A DNA stretch of 26,385 nt, from IMG/VR virus record IMGVR_UViG_3300037846_000096, positions 1-26,385 of that record; one strand, written 5' to 3'. This stretch comes from a virus (lineage: Duplodnaviria; Caudoviricetes). A program made the position numbers and the translations under genes. The notes beneath the pieces are model-generated. The model worked only from the letters and a program-made list of their open reading frames with translations. It ran no database searches and was not told the origin of the DNA. Below, in pieces: positions 1 through 7,655 of the stretch (its first letter is position 1; each line of letters begins with the position of its first letter).

Positions 1-162
1 TTTATGAATAGGTAAATTGCAATTATTATAATCATCATAGGTCGCATAATCTGATATTAGACCTTTGATGAAACTTTTTAACGCACATCCTGTCATTTTT
101 TCCCCTTCCTGGGATTGACTTACTAAATAGTCACGCGATAAACTCTTCTCTGGACGGTTCAT
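1..162 (-). CDS. Hypothetical protein, partial (runs off the window start)
   Basis: Open frame from ATG at 162 (MNRPEKSLSRDYLV...) to base 1. Alternative ATG at 96 (MTGCALKSF...) preceded by CAGGAAGGGG. Not in the ORF track. Confidence 0.5.
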   Translation of the reverse strand, partial: MNRPEKSLSRDYLVSQSQEGEKMTGCALKSFIKGLISDYATYDDYNNCNLPIHK

Positions 163-203
163 AATTGATCTCTCAAGTTTGATAATGTTTCGTCTTATGT
201 TAC

Positions 204-240
204 TGACTAGCTCTGTTATAGGACGGGGCTAGTCAATTTA
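204..240 (+). terminator. Strong stem-loop, possibly a terminator
   Basis: TGACTAGCTCTGT(204-216)/ACGGGGCTAGTCA(223-235) pairs fully on the + strand using 2 G-U pairs, followed by ATTTA. Confidence 0.45.
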
Positions 241-251
241 AATCCTTGTTA

Positions 252-434
252 TCAATCTCCTAAACTCAATAACGTCTTATCATATGCTTCTAAATAATCG
301 TGGTATTTAATAGTTCCACTTCTATACATTAGATGAAATCTATTAATCGTTTTCTCAAGCTCATCATCTAAACCTTTTTTGTGAATATTTTTCTTTAACT
401 TAATTTGTTCTTCATTTGTTAGTCGTGTATACAT
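252..434 (-). CDS. Hypothetical protein
   Basis: 60-aa ORF with GAAAGGT upstream, co-oriented with its neighbours. Confidence 0.6.
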   Translation of the reverse strand: MYTRLTNEEQIKLKKNIHKKGLDDELEKTINRFHLMYRSGTIKYHDYLEAYDKTLLSLGD

Positions 435-448
435 AATTTAATTACCTT

Positions 449-694
449 TCAATGCTTAAAAATAAATCCTAATATTGAAACAGTTAATGCAAATTGCGCA
501 AATCCAATTCCTACCATCCATTTAATCATACTTATTTCTAAAGATTTTAGTTCGGTTACTAGATAAGATTTTGTTACCAATTGGTCATCTATTAATTTAG
601 CCAATTGTTTTGCTTGGTATTCTGCATGTTCTCTTTTTATGCCAATCAACTCAGCACCTTTCGTATATTCTAATGTATCAAATAATGTATTCAT
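449..694 (-). CDS. DUF1640/CCDC90-like coiled-coil protein with C-terminal transmembrane helix
   Basis: N-terminal FDTLEY..GA...G...EHAE motif, LVTK..L..ELK.LE..MIKW motif, then a hydrophobic tail. SD GAGGA. Confidence 0.8.
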   Translation of the reverse strand: MNTLFDTLEYTKGAELIGIKREHAEYQAKQLAKLIDDQLVTKSYLVTELKSLEISMIKWMVGIGFAQFALTVSILGFIFKH

Positions 695-741
695 TTTATT
701 CCTCGTTAAATTAATATAATTATGATATAACCTATATTTAT

Positions 742-927
742 CTATGTCAACATATTTTTTTGTTCTTCCATCATTTTTCTAATACTTGTTCTGATCACTT
801 GACATACGGACATGTCATGCTCATCTGCTTTACTTCTAAGACACTTTAGCATTTCTTTTGTCACAGATACGCACAAAGTTGTATCAAACCTTGCACTTTT
901 TGGTTTCCTGCGTTTATCTTTTTGCAT
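742..927 (-). CDS. Ribbon-helix-helix (CopG/Arc-like) DNA-binding protein
   Basis: TTLCVSVTKEMLKCLRSKADEHDMSVCQVIRTSI fits the beta-alpha-alpha RHH pattern. SD GGAG. Lies at the divergence point. Confidence 0.75.
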   Translation of the reverse strand: MQKDKRRKPKSARFDTTLCVSVTKEMLKCLRSKADEHDMSVCQVIRTSIRKMMEEQKNMLT

Positions 928-1002
928 AATTTAACTCCAATTATTTTATATATTATGTAAGTTATGTGATATGATACTATATTATTTTAATAAGGAAAAG
1001 TA
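928..1002. promoter_or_regulatory. Divergent early promoter region
   Basis: AT-rich gap between divergent genes. Extended -10-like TGATACTAT / TGATATGAT on +, and ATATAAT on -. Confidence 0.5.
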
Positions 1003-1221
1003 ATGTTTATTAGATTACGGGACTTTTTAATTCCCATTGAATGTATAAAATTAATTCATTTTCAAACCATCAAGGTAGATGATGTAATAGTTTATTATAA
1101 AATTTCTATTAAGGAACATATTGGTTGTTTTTTTGACATTCATTATGATATTACTCAGAAAAAGGAGTTTATGGCAGCTTGTGAAAAGTTAGAGAAGGTA
1201 TTATGTGGAGATAAAATTTAA
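1003..1221 (+). CDS. Hypothetical protein
   Basis: 72-aa ORF, SD TAAGGA, TAATG coupling to the next gene. Confidence 0.65.
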   Translation: MFIRLRDFLIPIECIKLIHFQTIKVDDVIVYYKISIKEHIGCFFDIHYDITQKKEFMAACEKLEKVLCGDKI

Positions 1222-1526
1222 TGATTAATGAAAATACTAACGAAGAACTTAAGAAGCTAATGGATATGGTAACAGAAGTTGGAGACAAAATATCACAATT
1301 TATGTCTAATGAGATTCAAAATCATAAATATCATTTTGGTAATGATATAAACAAATTTCTACTTTTCATCCACATTTTAGGTTCTTTTAACTTATGTTAT
1401 ATTTATACATTATTACAAAATATGTCCAAAGATATACATAAAGATGTACTTACAAAGGAAGAAATAATAAAAGACATTGTAGATTTTACCACTCATATCA
1501 ATCTGAGCTTTGTAAAAATTCATTAG
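1221..1526 (+). CDS. Hypothetical protein
   Basis: 101-aa ORF, SD GGAG, translationally coupled to the upstream gene. Confidence 0.65.
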   Translation: MINENTNEELKKLMDMVTEVGDKISQFMSNEIQNHKYHFGNDINKFLLFIHILGSFNLCYIYTLLQNMSKDIHKDVLTKEEIIKDIVDFTTHINLSFVKIH

Positions 1527-1564
1527 ATTAAGCTTTGAGGAATTAATAGCGAGGAGTAATTATC

Positions 1565-1828
1565 ATGTCGGCTCGTTCTTTAAGTTGGGCATTTCAAACT
1601 AAAGTTGGAAATCATTTAGCCAAATATCTTTTAATTGTTCTTACAGAAAGCGGGTGTGATGGACGTCATGATAATATGTTATCTAATTTAGAAATTGCAC
1701 AAATAATGGAAATTTCGGAAGATTCAGTTAAAAAAGCTAAAAATTTTCTTAAAAAGAAAGGCTTAGTTTTATTTGAGGATTATACTGATTCTTTTTATTT
1801 GAATATTCCTGAAAATTTTATGAGGTAA
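1565..1828 (+). CDS. Stand-alone winged-HTH protein resembling the replication initiator N-terminus
   Basis: MS....WA......AK.LL..L...D pattern mirrors the start of 2266..3252. HTH segment SNLEIAQIMEISEDSVKKAKNFLKKKGLV. SD GAGGAG. Confidence 0.75.
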   Translation: MSARSLSWAFQTKVGNHLAKYLLIVLTESGCDGRHDNMLSNLEIAQIMEISEDSVKKAKNFLKKKGLVLFEDYTDSFYLNIPENFMR

Positions 1829-1831
1829 AAT

Positions 1832-2107
1832 GTGAAAAATAATGAATTTGATTTTAGTGATATTGCTGATGATGAAATTATAACAATTCGTAGAGAACCT
1901 AGTCCTTATACCCATCTTAAAAACGAAATAATTGATTCATTACCCAATGCTTTATGTATAGCCCTATATGTATATGTGAATAGAGAAGATAAACGCGTAA
2001 CACATAAAGATTTATCCCAAATTCTTAATATTACGGAAGAAGAAATAGAAGAAGCATTTAAAAACTTAATTGAAAAAGGTATTTGTTCTCTTGTTCATGA
2101 AGAGTAG
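1832..2107 (+). CDS. Stand-alone winged-HTH protein
   Basis: YT...NEII......ALYVY and THKDLSQILNITEEEIEEAFKNLIEKG. GTG start with SD GAGGT. Confidence 0.7.
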   Translation: MKNNEFDFSDIADDEIITIRREPSPYTHLKNEIIDSLPNALCIALYVYVNREDKRVTHKDLSQILNITEEEIEEAFKNLIEKGICSLVHEE

Positions 2108-2134
2108 ACTTATCTAGATTTTTGGACACTCCAG

Positions 2135-2199
2135 AAAGACCAAACCCCCAGTCGGCACAAACCAACTGAGGGCAAAAAACTGTGTTGTCCTAACCCAGC
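2135..2199 (-). ncRNA. Putative OOP-like small antisense RNA (~65 nt) upstream of the initiator gene
   Basis: Minus-strand promoter TTGACC(2233-2228)-16 nt-TG-n-TATTAT(2211-2206). Ends in an 11-bp stem CCCUCAGUUGG/CCGACUGGGGG (2172-2145) plus UUUGGUCUUU. The G-U pairs work only on the minus strand. Confidence 0.55.
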
Positions 2200-2265
2200 G
2201 AATGAATAATAACACATTCTCTGGTTAGGTCAACACTCAAACCCCTAATTAAGAGAAAAAATTTT

Positions 2266-3252
2266 ATGTCAGGAAAAATAACAACTTGGGCTTGGACTCT
2301 TCGTTTCGATATACCTTCACATAAATTAGTCATGCTTTCTTTAGCTGATCACGCTGATCCAACTGGTTTATGTTACCCATTTATAGAAACTATTGCTAAA
2401 CATGTTTGTTTAAAAGAAAGTCAAGTAAGGAAAATAATTAGATATTTAGAACAAAAAAATTATATTTCAAGTGAGCCAAGATTTAAACGAAATCATCAAC
2501 AAAGTAGCAATTGTTATCAAGTTAATTATAAAAATTCGTTTCCAACAATCGATGATTCTAATGAAAACTTATCCACAGGGGTGTACTCCAGGATAGCCCC
2601 CCCCTGTACTGTAGGATACCCCCCCCCTGTACTACAGGATAGCCCCCCCCCCTTTAGAATCTCTGAAAAAGATAATGAAAACAATATACTTACAAAAGGT
2701 TCAAATTCAGTAACTAAAAGCTTTATAACTAAGAACATAACTAAAAACTATTGTTCATCTGAAGATGAACTTGGTTCATTTGAACTATTTTGGAATAACT
2801 ACCCAAGAAAGCAAAAGAAGAAAGATGCGTTAAAGATTTGGCGAAAGAACAAACTTTATGAAAACCATAAGCTCATAGTGGAGGATGTACAAAAAAGAAC
2901 AGAACTTAATTGGAAACATAAATCAAAAGAATTTATTCCATTGCCAAGCAGTTATTTGAATGGAGAAAGATGGAGTGATGAGATAATAGATTTTATTAAA
3001 GAACAAAAAATTGTAAAAGAAGTACCAAAACCTAGTCTTGCAAGACAGCAACTAGGAGAAGATAGGCCAAAGATGAGAGATTTCACCCAAGAACGCTTAG
3101 ATCGAGAAGAAGCAGAACTTAAACGACAAGGACTGTCACCAAATGAGCAACATTCATTCTCTGAAACCAATCACCAAAATAACAACCCCGAAACTTCAAG
3201 AAATAACATTAGGAGAAATAGTGTGCAGAAAATTGAAGGATATTTATTTTAA
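2266..3252 (+). CDS. Phage replication initiator (N-terminal wHTH, central ori repeats, FELFW..YPRK...K..A...W domain)
   Basis: HTH_36-like N-terminus, FIPLPSSYLNGERWSDE motif, internal iterons. Confidence 0.85.
   Translation: MSGKITTWAWTLRFDIPSHKLVMLSLADHADPTGLCYPFIETIAKHVCLKESQVRKIIRYLEQKNYISSEPRFKRNHQQSSNCYQVNYKNSFPTIDDSNENLSTGVYSRIAPPCTVGYPPPVLQDSPPPFRISEKDNENNILTKGSNSVTKSFITKNITKNYCSSEDELGSFELFWNNYPRKQKKKDALKIWRKNKLYENHKLIVEDVQKRTELNWKHKSKEFIPLPSSYLNGERWSDEIIDFIKEQKIVKEVPKPSLARQQLGEDRPKMRDFTQERLDREEAELKRQGLSPNEQHSFSETNHQNNNPETSRNNIRRNSVQKIEGYLF
2569..2577 (+). promoter_or_regulatory. DnaA box
   Basis: Perfect TTATCCACA immediately upstream of the iterons. Confidence 0.65.
2582..2652 (+). 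repeat. Three 23-bp tandem iterons (putative replication origin)
   Basis: TGTACT-NN-AGGATA-(G)-C8/C9/C10 starting at 2582, 2605 and 2628, followed by AT-rich sequence. Confidence 0.85.
3125..3137 (+). promoter_or_regulatory. CsrA/RsmA-like hairpin over the SD of ORF 3143
   Basis: GACA-AGGAC-TGTC; GGA lies 10 nt before the ATG. Confidence 0.55.
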
Positions 3253-3409
3253 TGGACAGTCTTGGGAAGAGTGTCATATGAAGATTGCTAATAAATTTAC
3301 AGATTTAAAAAAAGTGTATAGGAAATATTGTCCTGAAAAAACTGAATTAGAGGTTTTAACCGATCTTAGCAACTTTTGTGAAAAAGATTATCATGATTCA
3401 AATGTTTGA
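3143..3409 (+). CDS. Hypothetical protein overlapping the initiator 3' end
   Basis: 88-aa ORF with AAGGA SD hairpin; 110-nt overlap with the initiator. Confidence 0.6.
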   Translation: MSNIHSLKPITKITTPKLQEITLGEIVCRKLKDIYFNGQSWEECHMKIANKFTDLKKVYRKYCPEKTELEVLTDLSNFCEKDYHDSNV

Positions 3410-3514
3410 TTCTAATAATGTTCCACATAGAACTAAAACGGAGTAGAATTTAATAGAACTGTGGTGGCCATGCAATAAACCCTTGATATCCCATAAAGCC
3501 ATCACAGTTTCACT

Positions 3515-3528
3515 ATGAAAGGATTCAT
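3515..3528 (+). promoter_or_regulatory. CsrA/RsmA-like hairpin over the SD of the VRR-NUC gene
   Basis: ATGA-AAGGAT-TCAT; GGA lies 6 nt before ATG 3530. Confidence 0.55.
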
Positions 3529-3529
3529 C

Positions 3530-3997
3530 ATGCTAGACCAAAAACACTCGAATATATTAAAAATTAATAGAAAATGTACAACTTCAGAACGCAAAGAACA
3601 AATCGCTTTAATGACATGGGCGCGAATGCAGTTAATACCATTGGTTGGACATGCCACTGGAGGCCTCAAATCTGCCCGTAGCGGGGCGATCGATAAAAAG
3701 ATGGGGGTAAGTAGGGGGTACCCAGATTTAAGCCTCTTAAAAGCGCACGGCGGATATTTCGGAATGTTCATAGAAATGAAACAAAATCGTACATATCAGC
3801 CCAGTGAGCGCAAAACTGATACATGGCTTGCTCAGATTGAATGTATCAGCAAACTTAATGCTGATGGTTACTATGCAACATTTGCGTACGGGTGGGAGAT
3901 GGGAGCGGCTTACATCAAGCGGTATTTGAGTTTGCCACCGACATTGAGAGAGGGACGCGTATTGATCGAACCTAGCTCATTTGGTTGCATCATATAA
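3530..3997 (+). CDS. VRR-NUC domain (PD-(D/E)xK) nuclease
   Basis: E..EQ.....W, GVSRGYPDL, GYFGMFIEMK and Q......L...GY.A motifs. Start moved from 3515 to 3530 on SD spacing. Confidence 0.85.
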   Translation: MLDQKHSNILKINRKCTTSERKEQIALMTWARMQLIPLVGHATGGLKSARSGAIDKKMGVSRGYPDLSLLKAHGGYFGMFIEMKQNRTYQPSERKTDTWLAQIECISKLNADGYYATFAYGWEMGAAYIKRYLSLPPTLREGRVLIEPSSFGCII

Positions 3998-4026
3998 TTT
4001 AATTTTGGTAGGCTTTAGCTTTAAAA

Positions 4027-4037
4027 GCAAAGGATGC
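4027..4037 (+). promoter_or_regulatory. CsrA/RsmA-like hairpin over the SD of the lysozyme-like gene
   Basis: GCA-AAGGA-TGC; GGA lies 7 nt before the ATG. Confidence 0.5.
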
Positions 4038-4041
4038 CATC

Positions 4042-4401
4042 ATGCTAACACCGCAAATGATAACAAAATTGGAGCAGTCGTGGATAAAACATGAACAATG
4101 CAGAAATTTCCCCTCTACCGCTCACTTGGGCAAAGACCCAGACATCGGTTTTTTTTATAACAAATTGTATGAGGATTTCGAGTGGTTTAGAATTTTAGAC
4201 AATGAAAGACAGCTCGTGCTAATCGATATGTGCAAGATGGGTTATCAAAATTTCTTGAGTTTTAAACGCATGATTAAAGCTATTTCTTTGGGCAACTATG
4301 ATGATGCAGCACAAGAAATGCTCGATAGCAAGTGGGCGCAAACCGATAAAATTCGGGCGCAAGAACTTGCTAAGGCCATGGCATTAGGTGTGTACGAGTG
4401 A
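4042..4401 (+). CDS. T4-type (GH24) lysozyme-like protein with apparently deleted catalytic hairpin
   Basis: C-terminal lobe WF..LD..RQ.VLIDMC.MG...F.RMI.A...NY..AA.EMLDSKWA.....RA..LA..M..G is typical. The TIG.G motif is absent. Confidence 0.8.
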   Translation: MLTPQMITKLEQSWIKHEQCRNFPSTAHLGKDPDIGFFYNKLYEDFEWFRILDNERQLVLIDMCKMGYQNFLSFKRMIKAISLGNYDDAAQEMLDSKWAQTDKIRAQELAKAMALGVYE

Positions 4402-4462
4402 TATACGTAACTAAATTGTTGTTAAATTAGCATTAATGTGAAATGATGTAAATATTATTTTA

Positions 4463-4478
4463 AGCAACGGAATTTGCT
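4463..4478 (+). promoter_or_regulatory. CsrA/RsmA-like hairpin over the SD of the putative terS
   Basis: AGCAA-CGGAAT-TTGCT containing ACGGA; GGA lies 8 nt before ATG 4480. Confidence 0.55.
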
Positions 4479-4479
4479 A

Positions 4480-4908
4480 ATGATTGTTATTACTAATCCT
4501 TCCCAGACTCACTATGACCATCAAGATTTTAACAAAATAGTTGGTACAGTTTATGAAGCAAAAGGCTCACTTGGGCAAATTGCTGATCTAAATTATATTG
4601 CACGGGTCACCTTTTTCGGATGGATAAAACATGGGGATGAAGACCGCAAAGACGGACTTACGACTGAACTTGCTATGCTATCTGCTGAGATTAGAAAGCG
4701 ACAAGCCGAAGTTGTAATCGATTTATGTAACCAAGGTCTTAAAGATTTCAAGCGCGCAAAATTCATTATGTGGTGGCTTGGTCGTGTGTTTAGAGAAGAT
4801 TTTGGTGTTGAAAGTGAAGAAATGAAACTGCTCAAAGACCTCGTATTTAATCAAATTCTACCCAAGATTGTTGCACAAGGAGAGCGCAAAAATGTCAAAG
4901 CAGCCTAA
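4480..4908 (+). CDS. Putative terminase small subunit / HTH protein
   Basis: HTH-like SLGQIADLNYIARVTFFGWIKHG, helical core, W.L.R...EDFG motif, located upstream of terL. ATG 4480 preferred to TTG 4474. Confidence 0.55.
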   Translation: MIVITNPSQTHYDHQDFNKIVGTVYEAKGSLGQIADLNYIARVTFFGWIKHGDEDRKDGLTTELAMLSAEIRKRQAEVVIDLCNQGLKDFKRAKFIMWWLGRVFREDFGVESEEMKLLKDLVFNQILPKIVAQGERKNVKAA

Positions 4909-5495
4909 TCTCCTCGGTAAGATGGCATTCGATGATTTCTGGATAATTCTATATGTCTAATGCAATGGCAATTATGACAAACTGGAATAAGATTATCTAT
5001 TTTTCCATTTTTTCTATTGCCATCTATATGATGAATTACAAGAATTCTTTTATCTTTTATTCCACAGTCGTAACATTTTTTTTCATATACTTTCCATGCA
5101 TTTCTTTGATAACTTCCAGGCATTTCTCTTTCAAGAGATTTAGCTTGATAATCTTTTGCAAAACATTTTTGAGAACAATATTTTCTTACATAATTTCTTC
5201 GTTTAACGAGATTATGTGGCAAATAAAATTCTTTTTTGCAAAAAGTACATATAAAAGTTTTTCCCGTTTTTTGATTCATACTACTACATATTTTAGAACA
5301 AAATTTAGCTTTTATTCTTTTATATTTTTTACTTATGAATTCTTTAGAACAATTAAAACATTTATTTATAATAGGTGGCTTAAGCCGATATATTCCTCCA
5401 CATTTATAGCCACAAGTTTTATATCTATCTTGATGACAAAGTGGAACAGAAAATGCTTTACTACAAATAGGACAAATTTTATCTATTCTTTTCAT
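4905..5495 (-). CDS. HNH endonuclease with N-terminal CxxC zinc-finger repeats
   Basis: CYDCG...LVIHHIDGNRKNGKIDNLIPVCHNCH..H, preceded by three C-x2-C...C-x3-C units. Confidence 0.9.
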   Translation of the reverse strand: MKRIDKICPICSKAFSVPLCHQDRYKTCGYKCGGIYRLKPPIINKCFNCSKEFISKKYKRIKAKFCSKICSSMNQKTGKTFICTFCKKEFYLPHNLVKRRNYVRKYCSQKCFAKDYQAKSLEREMPGSYQRNAWKVYEKKCYDCGIKDKRILVIHHIDGNRKNGKIDNLIPVCHNCHCIRHIELSRNHRMPSYRGD

Positions 5496-5509
5496 AAAGG
5501 AATATTATC

Positions 5510-5698
5510 ATGAGTTCAAAGAAATGGATACAAAAAGCTTTGCCTAAATCAAGCAAAGGAAAACTTCATCGAGAGCTAGGTGTTCCAATGGGTAAAAAAA
5601 TACCTAAATCAAAAATGATCAAAGCACTTCACTCCGAAAATCCTAGAATGAGAAAACAAGCTAATTTGGCTAAAACTTTGCGTGGTTTGCGTAAATAA
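5510..5698 (+). CDS. Small basic phage protein (KWIQKA...G.LH..LGVP.GKKIP type)
   Basis: 62 aa, Lys-rich; a motif I recognise from podophage packaging regions. SD AAGGA. Confidence 0.75.
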   Translation: MSSKKWIQKALPKSSKGKLHRELGVPMGKKIPKSKMIKALHSENPRMRKQANLAKTLRGLRK

Positions 5699-5708
5699 AG
5701 GACAATTT

Positions 5709-5885
5709 ATGAAAAAAGAAGTAGATGAAAAAGCGTGTTTTTTAGGGTTGCCAAATGGATTGAACGGTGATTTAGACTACAACTCTCATTTCGTGCGTGC
5801 TAAAAATCCTAATAAACCTGGGGCAAATAATCGACAAGCAGAAGAAGTCAATGCAGATGAAGTGATGGGCGATATAATGTGCTAG
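5709..5885 (+). CDS. Hypothetical protein
   Basis: ATG 5709 with AAGGA SD preferred to the track start at 5682. Confidence 0.55.
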   Translation: MKKEVDEKACFLGLPNGLNGDLDYNSHFVRAKNPNKPGANNRQAEEVNADEVMGDIMC

Positions 5886-5897
5886 TTAAGGAATTGC

Positions 5898-6059
5898 ATG
5901 GATTGCAAAGGATGCGGCTACAAAGACACGCGGATAATAGAATCTCGTGGCGAAGGTGGTAGTGTAAGAAGGCGTAGACAATGTATGAAATGTGGTTTGA
6001 GGGTAACAACTGAGGAACTCATAAAACCACCAAAGCCAAAGAAAGAGATAAAGACTTGA
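5898..6059 (+). CDS. Stand-alone NrdR-like zinc-ribbon protein (53 aa)
   Basis: [40 protein letters not shown]... SD AAGGA; stop overlaps the terL TTG. Below the ORF-track size cut-off. Confidence 0.85.
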   Translation: MDCKGCGYKDTRIIESRGEGGSVRRRRQCMKCGLRVTTEELIKPPKPKKEIKT

Positions 6060-7654
6060 GAACTCCCTTTACTCAACTAGATCGTTCAAATAAAGCAGCC
6101 ATTGGCGTTTGTATGGCATATCTTGATACTTACAACAAACGTACACAACGACATATAACATTTGAAGAATCAAGGACGATTATTCATGCAAGCGAAAAGG
6201 ACAAAGTTTATCTGCCTTCTCCAACTGGTAAACTTTTTAGTGAGTCTCGCGGTTTTATTGATCTTGTGTGTGGCCCTTACGGATCGGGAAAGTCAACAAT
6301 GTGTGCACAACGCATCGTCCGATCCGTCTGTAATATGCCGCCCTGGCACAATGGACGAAGAAGAGCAAGATGGGCAATCGTTAGAAACACAAGCGGAGAA
6401 CTTCAATCAACCACATTACAAACATGGCTGCAATGGTTCTCTGATTTGGGAGATATAAAAAAACACCAAAAACCCATTATGACTTACGAGCATTTTTTTA
6501 ATGATGGATTAGGGACAGTTGAACTTGAACTTATATTTATAGCACTTGATAGACCAGAAGATGTAAGAAAAATAAAGTCACTTGAGCTAACTGGTGTTTA
6601 CCTTAATGAACTATCTGAATTACCACAGAATGTACTTTCTCATTTCAAGGGTCGTGTGAATGGAAGATATCCCTCTAAGAGTTTTTGCCCAGAACCTCAT
6701 TGGTCTGGGATTATTGCTGATACTAATCCTCCTGATGAAGACCACTGGATTTATAAAGACTTCGAAGAAAACCCTAGTAGCAACTATCGTATTTTTCATC
6801 AGCCTAGCGGCTTACTTGAAGATAAAGATGGTTTGGTAAAAGATAAAGATGGAAATTATATTCAAAATAAAGAAGCTGATAATATAGAAAATCTTTCAAA
6901 TGATTATTATCCTAAGCTTGCTGAAAAACAATCTGATGGTTTTATAAAGGTCTATTGCTGTGGTAAATATGGATTGGTTGAGTCGGGCAAAAGAGTATAT
7001 CCTGAGTATAATGATGATATTCACTCTATTGATCATATTGAAGCCATACAAGGTGATCCAATTTATCTCGGTTGGGACTTTGGTCTTACTCCTGCTTGTA
7101 TTGTCATACAAATTACTCCACGTGGTAAAGTTCTAGTCCTTAAAGAATATGTTGCAGAAGATATCGGCATTAAAACATTTGCAACTAATATTGTGTTACC
7201 AAGGATCGCAATTGATTTTGTATATAACAAAATTGGCGGTAGTGAGGGAGATCCATCTGGTATGAAGGGCGATGAGATAATGGAGGAACTATCTTGCATT
7301 GGAGAACTTACTAATCTTGGAATTAAAACTAATGCAGCAAGTACAAATGATATTGATGTTAGAATTAATAGTGTTAGATATTTTCTGAATCTTATGGTTG
7401 ATGGAAAGCCTGCGTTCTTGTTATCACGTGAGGGATGCCCGATACTTCGTAAAGGTTTTATGAGCGGATATCATTTTAAACGCATGATGATAGCAGGAGA
7501 TGATCGCTATCAGGATAAGCCAAACAAAAATCGTTTTTCTCATCCTCATGATGCGCTACAATATAATCTCATGCGATTTGCAGCAGATAGAGTAATTGAG
7601 CGAACAAGTAAGCCAGAAGTAGATATGTTTAATCCAATTCTTAGGATATTTTAG
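6056..7654 (+). CDS. terL: Terminase large subunit
   Basis: Walker [23 protein letters not shown], Walker B VYLNE, DTNPP, nuclease motifs GWDFGLTPA and SHPHDALQY. Start may be ATG 6113. Confidence 0.95.
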   Translation: MRTPFTQLDRSNKAAIGVCMAYLDTYNKRTQRHITFEESRTIIHASEKDKVYLPSPTGKLFSESRGFIDLVCGPYGSGKSTMCAQRIVRSVCNMPPWHNGRRRARWAIVRNTSGELQSTTLQTWLQWFSDLGDIKKHQKPIMTYEHFFNDGLGTVELELIFIALDRPEDVRKIKSLELTGVYLNELSELPQNVLSHFKGRVNGRYPSKSFCPEPHWSGIIADTNPPDEDHWIYKDFEENPSSNYRIFHQPSGLLEDKDGLVKDKDGNYIQNKEADNIENLSNDYYPKLAEKQSDGFIKVYCCGKYGLVESGKRVYPEYNDDIHSIDHIEAIQGDPIYLGWDFGLTPACIVIQITPRGKVLVLKEYVAEDIGIKTFATNIVLPRIAIDFVYNKIGGSEGDPSGMKGDEIMEELSCIGELTNLGIKTNAASTNDIDVRINSVRYFLNLMVDGKPAFLLSREGCPILRKGFMSGYHFKRMMIAGDDRYQDKPNKNRFSHPHDALQYNLMRFAADRVIERTSKPEVDMFNPILRIF

Positions 7655-7655
7655 A

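Noticed and set aside
2582-2652. Iterons as a mini CRISPR array
   Set aside because: Units are directly tandem with no unique spacers, lie inside a CDS, and no cas genes are present.
2526-3771. Minus-strand ORFs 2526..2738, 2952..3170 and 3502..3771
   Set aside because: Antisense to well-supported initiator and nuclease genes.
4953-5513. 186-aa + strand Phe/Ile-rich ORF
   Set aside because: Antisense shadow of the Lys-rich HNH gene; no recognisable motif.
5491-5710. AAGGA SDs of genes 5510 and 5709 as Csr hairpins
   Set aside because: Only short all-A/T stems, expected by chance in this composition; not counted.
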